From the NCBI GenBank assembly GCA_963793425.1, contig CAWCAG010000005.1:736001-800000 (forward strand): a stretch of 64,000 bases of DNA. The letters run 5' to 3'. The notes beneath the pieces were generated by a model. It was given only the letters and a program-made list of their open reading frames with translations, had not been told where the DNA came from and did not search any database. Of this stretch, positions 57,318 to 64,000 are shown piece by piece (the stretch's first letter is position 1; each line of letters begins with the position of its first letter). Position numbers and translations under genes: made by a program. Source of the DNA: an uncultured cyanobacterium (GTDB taxonomy: Bacteria > Cyanobacteriota > Cyanobacteriia > Cyanobacteriales > CAWCAG01).

Positions 57318-57470
57318 TGCCAAAGACAGCAGGGGATAGCTTACTAACTTAATTATCCTGCCGAGGTTAATGCCTGGAGTTTATGTCATCACGAATTACG
57401 GCGGTGGTGTATATCTAAAAACTCTGAGCAAATTCTTAACAACCCCGGCATCAAGTCGGGGTTGATTTTT
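57318..57470 (+). promoter_or_regulatory. L10 leader (L10(L12)n-binding RNA) with attenuator-like hairpin
   Basis: CCAAAGACAGCAGG...CCTGCCGAGG kink-turn-type core; downstream AACCCCGGC-ATCAA-GTCGGGGTT-GATTTTT hairpin. Confidence 0.8.
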
Positions 57471-57540
57471 GGGGTTTAATGTAGCCTACGGCAAGGAAGT
57501 GCGCCAACAATGATCAATGAAATAAGGAGGTGAAAAGAAT

Positions 57541-58107
57541 ATGGGACGAAGCTTTGCAGATAAGCAAGAAGTTGTTGCCAATCTAATCGAAGAATTGAGC
57601 GATACTCAACTGGCCTTAGTTATAGACTACAAAGGTTTATCCGTTGCTGAAATTAGCGAATTGCGGAATCGCTTACGTCCGACTGGTACTACTTGCAAAG
57701 TCACTAAAAATACTTTGATGAATATTGCCATCAAAGAGGACGAAAACTGGCAACCAATGCAGGAATTTCTCAAAGATTCCTCAGCATTTTTGCTAGTTAA
57801 AGATGACCTTGGTGGTGCAATCAAGGCCTACCAAGGATTTCAAAAAGAAACTAAAAAAACCACCTTCCGTGGTGGTGTGATGCAAGGGAGGGCCTTAAGC
57901 GAAGACGATGTTAAGGCGATCGCGGAACTACCATCGAAAGAGGAACTTATGGCCAAAATTGCTGGCGGACTCAATGCCTTAGCTACCAAGTTAGCTGTAG
58001 GTATCAACGAAGTACCAACTTCTTTGGGTCGCGGCATCAACGAAGTACCTGGTTCCCTAGGTCGAGTCTTACAAGCTGTTTCTCAGCAAAAAGAAGGCGG
58101 CGAATAA
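57541..58107 (+). CDS. rplJ: 50S ribosomal protein L10
   Basis: DYKGLSVAEISELR, KVTKNTL, LPSKEEL; strong SD AAGGAGGTG. Confidence 0.98.
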   Translation: MGRSFADKQEVVANLIEELSDTQLALVIDYKGLSVAEISELRNRLRPTGTTCKVTKNTLMNIAIKEDENWQPMQEFLKDSSAFLLVKDDLGGAIKAYQGFQKETKKTTFRGGVMQGRALSEDDVKAIAELPSKEELMAKIAGGLNALATKLAVGINEVPTSLGRGINEVPGSLGRVLQAVSQQKEGGE

Positions 58108-58156
58108 TTATTTACGCCCCTAAATCCAAATTTAAAACAATACAAGGAGAGTCTAA

Positions 58157-58552
58157 ATGTCTGCTACAACCGACGAAATCTTAGAAAAATTAAAATCCCT
58201 AACCTTATTAGAGGCTTCTGAATTAGTTAAACAAATTGAAGATACCTTTGATGTCAGTGCTGCTGCTCCTGTGGGCGGTATGATGGCCATGGCTCCTGCT
58301 GCTGCTGGTGGCGGTGCATCTGCGGCTGAAGAAGAAGAGCAGACCGAATTTGATGTTATTTTAGAAGACTTCGGTGCTAACAAAATTGCTGTCCTAAAGG
58401 TAGTACGTTCTATCACTGGTTTAGGTCTTAAAGAGGCTAAAGAAGTCGTGGAATCTGCTCCTAAGCCTGTTAAAGAAGCCGTAAGCAAAGAAGATGCTGA
58501 AGATATGAAAAAGCAGCTAGAAGAAGCTGGTGCTAAGGCTAGCGTTAAGTAG
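58157..58552 (+). CDS. rplL: 50S ribosomal protein L7/L12
   Basis: [35 protein letters not shown]. Confidence 0.99.
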   Translation: MSATTDEILEKLKSLTLLEASELVKQIEDTFDVSAAAPVGGMMAMAPAAAGGGASAAEEEEQTEFDVILEDFGANKIAVLKVVRSITGLGLKEAKEVVESAPKPVKEAVSKEDAEDMKKQLEEAGAKASVK

Positions 58553-58560
58553 AAGAAAGT

Positions 58561-58593
58561 TTGTAGAGACGTTGTTGTTTCGCGTCTCTACAA
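58561..58593. repeat. GTAGAGACG-type REP-like palindrome (may also serve as rplL 3' hairpin)
   Basis: TTGTAGAGACG-N11-CGTCTCTACAA perfect 11-bp arms. Confidence 0.7.
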
Positions 58594-58601
58594 CTTAGCT
58601 T

Positions 58602-59654
58602 GTGGAAAATAAGCTATTGAAAATTAACTGGAAATTTTCAGCAATTCTTGCTTTAGGAATCGTACTCTTGCCTTTTCCTGCCCTTGCAAATGTAGGAACA
58701 CCTTTGATATGGGCTAGAATTTCACATCTCCTACTCGGCAATGCCATTATTGGTTCAGCAGAAGCATTCTTACTGACAAAACTGTTTCATACTCCCAAAT
58801 GGCCATCAGTTTGGCTACTATATGCCGCTAACTACCTATCGGCTTGGGTAGGAGCATTCTTGCTCACAAATAGGCTATCTAGTATCCCCAGTATTACTAT
58901 TGAGAATGCCCAAATCTGGCTCTGGATCTGCGTTCCTTTCGCTTTTGCAGTCACGTTATTGATCGAATACCCCTTCTTTTGGTTTCTACTCCGGAAGCAG
59001 GAAAGGTCAATTACTAAAGCTATTAAGGCGACACTAATTATTCACGGCATTAGTTATCTGCTGTTATTCGGTTGGTATAGCTTATCTAGCCAAACAAGTA
59101 TGTTAACTCAGCTTGAGGTAGTCGCAGCCCAGGAGATACAGCCCCAGGAAGAATATGAGCTTTATTTTATTACCCCTGATGGCAAGCAAGTTATTCGTTC
59201 AAACCTTGAAGGGAAAAACCAAAAGGTTGTCAAGGATCTTGAAGCTATAGAGAGAGATAGCAAACTTGTTGTACGCCAAGACGAAGAAAGTAGATTTGAT
59301 CTTCTTGTCGATAACGAGGTTATCCTTACTAATTTTGCCTCTCTAGCCGGCGATCGTCCCCAATTTTATGAGGAAGTAACCAAGCTTACTGAAAATAGTG
59401 ACTGGGAATACCGTACTATAGTTTGGGCAGCAGGAGGAATTATTGGTAATAACCAGAAAGAGAATTCAGGATTCCAATTTGCCATTGAGACACCTTTTGC
59501 AGCTTGGAGGGTAAGCAATGCGACTCACCTTGAAGGGGATGCCGTTGTCTTTCAACTTGGAGACAATCAAGTGTGTATCCTACAGCCTCAAGAAAAAATT
59601 ATAGCATTGATTGCACGGGGCAAGGAACCAGTTGTGGTGAAACCTAAATCATAA
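58602..59654 (+). CDS. Hypothetical membrane protein (signal peptide, about 4 TM helices, soluble C-terminal domain)
   Basis: 350-aa ORF; ALA signal cleavage; hydrophobic aa 35-160. Confidence 0.7.
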   Translation: MENKLLKINWKFSAILALGIVLLPFPALANVGTPLIWARISHLLLGNAIIGSAEAFLLTKLFHTPKWPSVWLLYAANYLSAWVGAFLLTNRLSSIPSITIENAQIWLWICVPFAFAVTLLIEYPFFWFLLRKQERSITKAIKATLIIHGISYLLLFGWYSLSSQTSMLTQLEVVAAQEIQPQEEYELYFITPDGKQVIRSNLEGKNQKVVKDLEAIERDSKLVVRQDEESRFDLLVDNEVILTNFASLAGDRPQFYEEVTKLTENSDWEYRTIVWAAGGIIGNNQKENSGFQFAIETPFAAWRVSNATHLEGDAVVFQLGDNQVCILQPQEKIIALIARGKEPVVVKPKS

Positions 59655-59804
59655 ATTGAGATTATGTAGTGGCAACCAATATAAACTAAAATTATTTCCC
59701 AGGTGATAATTGTTAAAATAAATCTTGCTCTATCAGGTAGTAATAAAATACTGATAATTATCAAGAGTATCAACTATCATTTTATGATAACAATGAAAGC
59801 CAGA

Positions 59805-61133
59805 TTACAAAAGATTCCGTGCTTTAAGGCGTAAATATTGTTCAACTAACTCTTCACTAATTTGATTAGCTGGGGCATCAAGGACAAGAACACCTTTTTG
59901 TTTAAGTTGGGCGAAAGCAACTTCTCTTTGGGATAATAAATCTAAAGCTACCGCCCGGCTATAAGCTGTTTCTACTTTCCCTTGTTGTTTGTTTTCGATG
60001 GTGTTGGCAGTATGGGCAATTACATCAACTTGGGGATCGCGGAGAGTAACGCATAAAGGTAAATAACGGGGAGTTAAACGCATTAAAGAAGCGAGAAGTT
60101 CAGCAGAAGCCGTGGTATCAACTATATCAGTAATTAATACTACCAAAGCACGACGAGTTTGCTGATTAACTAATTTGGTAATCGCCCCCATATAATCTGG
60201 TTCTAATAATACTGGTTGAATGGGAGTCAGGCGTTCAATTAATTTGGGGAGATGGTTTTGTCCCCTTTCTGGAGGTATCCAAGTGGTAACTTCTCGATCA
60301 AAAACTCCTACTCCCACGCGATCGCCTCGATTTAATCCAGCTAAGGCTAAAGAAAGAGTTGCATTTAAGCCCCAATCAAAACGGGTTAAGCCTTGTACTT
60401 GGGCTGTCATTAAGCGCCCTCGGTCTAATAAAATAATTAAGGTTTGCTCTTTTTCTGGTTCTAAAACCCTAACTAAAGGGCGAGAACGACGGGCAGTTGC
60501 TTTCCAATCAATTAATCTGGTATCGTCACCAGTGCTATATTCCCGCAATTCGCTAAATTCTGTTCCTGTTCCTAAACGCTTCGCTTGGCGCATTGAACCA
60601 GTATTTTCTAAAGCAAGGCGAATAGAAAGCGATCGCAAGCCAATTAAGTCAGGATAGACAGCTACTTTTTGTTGCGCCGATACCTGCCAATCGTACCATC
60701 CTAAACCCCAAGGTCCTAATTGCCTAACCTGTATATTTCCCCAAAGGAATTCCCCTCGACTGTTTGGGTAAACTGTGTAAGTAAGTTCCTCGCTTGTATT
60801 AGAGGCAAGGGTTTGTTGAAGAGTAGATTGGGGAACATTAAACTGGAGAGGGTAGTAATCTTTAATAAGGACAGAGGCAGGAGTTTTTGATGATCGCAGG
60901 GATAATGTTACACGATTGTCTCGACCGACAGAAAGCCTTTCTGTGTGATGGCGCTTAATTTCTACTCGGTTTGCTTTAACTCTCAAAGCATCTATGACAC
61001 CTAACAGTAAGACTACAGCATCATAAATTAGGACAACCACCACTGCTATTTGTAAATTTTTCAAAATAGCCACAAAAATAGCGATCGCTATTCCTAAACT
61101 TAAGAGTAAGTAAACTAAGCGAGAAGGAATCAT
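59805..61133 (-). CDS. DUF58 domain protein (MoxR-associated, VWA-like)
   Basis: GTEFSELREYSTGDDTRLIDWKATAR, LLDRGRLM, GDRVG, LITD. Confidence 0.9.
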   Translation of the reverse strand: MIPSRLVYLLLSLGIAIAIFVAILKNLQIAVVVVLIYDAVVLLLGVIDALRVKANRVEIKRHHTERLSVGRDNRVTLSLRSSKTPASVLIKDYYPLQFNVPQSTLQQTLASNTSEELTYTVYPNSRGEFLWGNIQVRQLGPWGLGWYDWQVSAQQKVAVYPDLIGLRSLSIRLALENTGSMRQAKRLGTGTEFSELREYSTGDDTRLIDWKATARRSRPLVRVLEPEKEQTLIILLDRGRLMTAQVQGLTRFDWGLNATLSLALAGLNRGDRVGVGVFDREVTTWIPPERGQNHLPKLIERLTPIQPVLLEPDYMGAITKLVNQQTRRALVVLITDIVDTTASAELLASLMRLTPRYLPLCVTLRDPQVDVIAHTANTIENKQQGKVETAYSRAVALDLLSQREVAFAQLKQKGVLVLDAPANQISEELVEQYLRLKARNLL

Positions 61134-61155
61134 AGATAAAGGAACTGATTAAAGT

Positions 61156-62214
61156 ATGAAGTTATTTCATAATGGGCTTAAAGATTTATTATTACTCAAT
61201 AAATACAGTTCTGGGAAAAAGATTGGTTTTCTCTCTATTGAAACTGATTTACCAGAGCTATTTGTCAAGCTAACTAAAGCTTTACCTAGCTACGCCTTTG
61301 GTTTACATATTCGTCGGGAATATCGCCATATTATGATGGCATTGAGGGGATTTCAACTTCAAGATGCTGAGGCTTTATTTGTGTTTGAAATTTATTCTCA
61401 ACATTTACTATTAACTCTTCCTTTATTAGCCTTAACAGGAAAAGAAGTTTTACTAAGTTTACATGGCAATCAACAATTTGCTATGAACAGTAAAGTTAAA
61501 TATTTAGGTTTACTTTATCTCAAGTTGTTTTTAAATCTACCTACTTTTAAGGCTTTAACTTTAGAAATAGATGATGATGTTATTCCAGAGAAATATCAAT
61601 TACCAGATAACTCCAAACTAATTATTCCTCATCCTATACTTAGTGATATTAAACCTAATTTGAAACCAGGGGAAAGATGGCCAGAAGAACGCCCGATTAA
61701 AGTTGGCGTAGTTGGTATGATTAGGGCAGATAAACCTATTGCTAAACTTATTGAGGAATTGCAGCAATATATTACTCAATCTCAACATAATTGTGAGTTA
61801 ATTATTGGTACTCCTTTTTGGCAGAAACCAGATTATTTAAATGAAATAAATGCTACTCTTGTCGATACAGCAAAAGAGGAAGATTACCTCAAAGTTTTAC
61901 AACAAATTGATATTTTAGTTATTCATTATGACCAAGAGCGCTATTATTATCGTACTAGTGGCGTAATCAGCGATGCTGGGAGTTGTGGTTGCTATATTGT
62001 TGCTTCTGATTATCCAGTTATTAAACATCAAGTTGACTGGCCTGTTAAAATTGGCTCAACCTTTAAAGAGTTTGGAGAAATAGGTTCAATTATTGATGCA
62101 GCAATTCCACAAATTCGTTCTCAAGGACAAGACAATCACTGGTTATGGCGAGAAGGAAGAAATGCCGAGGCGATCGCTAAAATTCTTTTTCAAAACTCTC
62201 AATTGTCTGATTAA
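61156..62214 (+). CDS. Putative GT-B fold glycosyltransferase
   Basis: IPHP, GVVGMIRADK, SGVISDA...IVASDYP resemble the GT4 C-terminal domain. Confidence 0.6.
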   Translation: MKLFHNGLKDLLLLNKYSSGKKIGFLSIETDLPELFVKLTKALPSYAFGLHIRREYRHIMMALRGFQLQDAEALFVFEIYSQHLLLTLPLLALTGKEVLLSLHGNQQFAMNSKVKYLGLLYLKLFLNLPTFKALTLEIDDDVIPEKYQLPDNSKLIIPHPILSDIKPNLKPGERWPEERPIKVGVVGMIRADKPIAKLIEELQQYITQSQHNCELIIGTPFWQKPDYLNEINATLVDTAKEEDYLKVLQQIDILVIHYDQERYYYRTSGVISDAGSCGCYIVASDYPVIKHQVDWPVKIGSTFKEFGEIGSIIDAAIPQIRSQGQDNHWLWREGRNAEAIAKILFQNSQLSD

Positions 62215-62230
62215 GTCTTAAATAAACCCT

Positions 62231-62497
62231 ATGTCTCATAATAAATGTTCTATGACTGTAGTTGTCAAACTATTTGCTGCTTTTCAAGAAGCTTATAGTT
62301 CTTCGGAATTGCAACTTGAATTACCTTCAGAAACTACTGTATACGGAGTATTAGAAAGGTTAATTAAGGAACATCCAGAATTGGAGAAATGGCGAAATTT
62401 AACTCGTTTTGGAGTCAATTTGCAATTTGTGGAACCCAATACTATTGTTCAGGATGGAGATGAAGTTGTACTCATTCCTCCTGTAAGTGGTGGCTAA
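62231..62497 (+). CDS. moaD: MoaD/ThiS family sulfur carrier
   Basis: VKLFAA, VN, DGDEVVLIPPVSGG C-terminus. Confidence 0.88.
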   Translation: MSHNKCSMTVVVKLFAAFQEAYSSSELQLELPSETTVYGVLERLIKEHPELEKWRNLTRFGVNLQFVEPNTIVQDGDEVVLIPPVSGG

Positions 62498-62600
62498 TTT
62501 CATTGAACGTTAAACATTTAACCTTAATAGTAATAGTAAATGTTTAATTTTAAGTCCAAAGACAAGCATAAGCAAGAATGCTGTTTTATGTCTTTTGAAA

Positions 62601-63539
62601 TTAAAATTCGACTAAAATATTAGCTAAACGGCGATTACGAGCTACAGTAAGTACCATAGAATCAGGACGAGTATTGAGGTAAGAAACTAACTGTCTGACA
62701 TCTCGAAGGCGACGACGGTTAACTCCTACCAACTGATCTCCTGGTCTTAAACCGATGGAAGCGGCGACAGAATTGCGTTCTACGGATTCGATAATCAAAC
62801 TGGCTGCGTCAACAGAAATGCCTAAACGAGGTGCTTGAGAAGGGGCAGCAGCTACTTGTGGGGCGGTTCGATTGCGGTTTTGGGCGACAAATTGCTGTGC
62901 TTCTGTGGCGCTAGTAGCAAAGCCTATACCAATATTGCCTCTTCCCCCAGCACTGAGAATAGCTTTGTTAACACCGATTAATTCTCCACGGGAATTCAAC
63001 AAAGGGCCACCAGAGTTACCGGGGTTAATAGCAGCATCGGTTTGCAAATCACCATTTGGGGCAATGCGACTCAGGGTTCCTTGAGTAAAAGTTCCTGATA
63101 AACCAAAGGGGCTACCAATAGCATAAACTGTTTGACCAACTTTAATACTGTTGGCACTAGCAATGGGGATAGTGGGCAGGCGATCGCTAGTGTTTAAGCG
63201 TACTAAAGCCAGATCATTAGGACTATCAACAGCAATTACATTACCTTGGTATTCTTTACCTTCAGCAGCAATAACTTTAACCACCCCTCGGTTGGCGTTT
63301 CTGATTACGTGTTCGTTGGTCAAAATCAGGCCTTCAGAACTAATAATACTGCCTGAACCTGCACCTCTACCAACTTGAATTGTGACTACAGCAGGGCTAG
63401 CTTGATTATAAACATCAATACTAACTTGTTCATCACCGTTATACTGAGCAAGTAATCTGGGTTCAGAAGCTTCAGCTACCATAGGAATGGCAGCTAGACA
63501 TAAGGAGAGGGCGTATACTGCGAAATTCTTGGGTTTCAT
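62601..63539 (-). CDS. HtrA/DegP-like trypsin serine protease with PDZ domain
   Basis: Signal peptide; GSGS, LTNEHV (His), DLAL (Asp), INPGNSGGPL (Ser); PDZ LGI...GLRPGD. Confidence 0.93.
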   Translation of the reverse strand: MKPKNFAVYALSLCLAAIPMVAEASEPRLLAQYNGDEQVSIDVYNQASPAVVTIQVGRGAGSGSIISSEGLILTNEHVIRNANRGVVKVIAAEGKEYQGNVIAVDSPNDLALVRLNTSDRLPTIPIASANSIKVGQTVYAIGSPFGLSGTFTQGTLSRIAPNGDLQTDAAINPGNSGGPLLNSRGELIGVNKAILSAGGRGNIGIGFATSATEAQQFVAQNRNRTAPQVAAAPSQAPRLGISVDAASLIIESVERNSVAASIGLRPGDQLVGVNRRRLRDVRQLVSYLNTRPDSMVLTVARNRRLANILVEF

Positions 63540-63782
63540 AGGTGCAGTAATTTAATTTGTGTGAGGGCTAGGAGTGATTAACTAATGTAGACGGGGCGAG
63601 AACAAAAGTGTTCCTGATTATAATTGATGAGTTAAAAACAAAAAAAGCTATTAACTATTAGTTTAAGGCAAAAATATTTTCAATTAAACAAATAATACTA
63701 AGTTAGTAACTTATTATAGACCGAGCTATTGAAACTAATTTCTGCGATCGCTACAGTAGTGCAAAAGAGAGGTCAATAATAT

Positions 63783-64000
63783 TCAAGTCTTAACTAAAAT
63801 AGAGCCCTCTTCCTCTTTCACTTCATAAGTTGGTAAAGGTTCTTGGGCAGGGCCTTTAAGTACTTCTCCATTAGGGGCAAACTTGGAACCATGACAAGGA
63901 CAAACCAAATTCTTTGCCTCCCCGTCCCACTCAACAGTACAACCTTTGTGGGTACAGGCAGGACTAACAGCAGCTAGATTATTATCTTCACTACGAACAA
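63783..64000 (-). CDS. Rieske [2Fe-2S] protein (short PetC3-like), 5' end outside window
   Basis: Manual translation: ...AAVSPACTHKGCTVEW...LVCPCHGSKFAPNGEVLKGPAQEPL...VKT*. Confidence 0.88.
   Translation of the reverse strand, partial: VRSEDNNLAAVSPACTHKGCTVEWDGEAKNLVCPCHGSKFAPNGEVLKGPAQEPLPTYEVKEEEGSILVKT

Larger units (their letters stand above)
5576..63751. repeat. HIP1 octamer GCGATCGC dispersed through the window
   Basis: Examples at 5576, 5630, 8504, 11220 and many more, far above random expectation for AT-rich DNA. Confidence 0.9.

Overview
AT-rich cyanobacterial chromosomal window (psbA, frequent HIP1 octamers GCGATCGC, PEP-CTERM protein, cyanobacterial-type rplS-trnW-secE-nusG-rplKAJL cluster). 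It carries housekeeping genes (rne-rnhB, cysteine desulfurase, folK, nadA, cofG, birA, pgeF, isoaspartyl peptidase, moaD, HtrA-like protease, partial Rieske protein), many signalling genes and envelope proteins. The most interesting system is a four-gene minus-strand operon at 40801-45774: an ammonium transporter (Amt) fused to PAS and a PP2C/SpoIIE phosphatase, an anti-sigma-type kinase, a STAS protein and a PAS-adenylate cyclase of the Lys/Thr (class IIIb) type. This looks like an ammonium-sensing partner switch wired to cAMP output (inference). It is divergent from a CBS-PAS-GAF kinase whose CcaS/RcaE-like GAF has Ser in place of the bilin-binding Cys. Other notable items: tandem NrtR-like operators before nadA, two neighbouring 1-bp frameshifts (an HTH gene and cofG), an AIPR gene with an internal deletion, a surface-anchored animal-type heme peroxidase facing a sensor-less NB-ARC regulator, an L10 with an extra L12-binding repeat, and a dispersed GTAG hairpin element with a compensatory base pair. 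All family calls come from motif recognition by eye; no database search was run.
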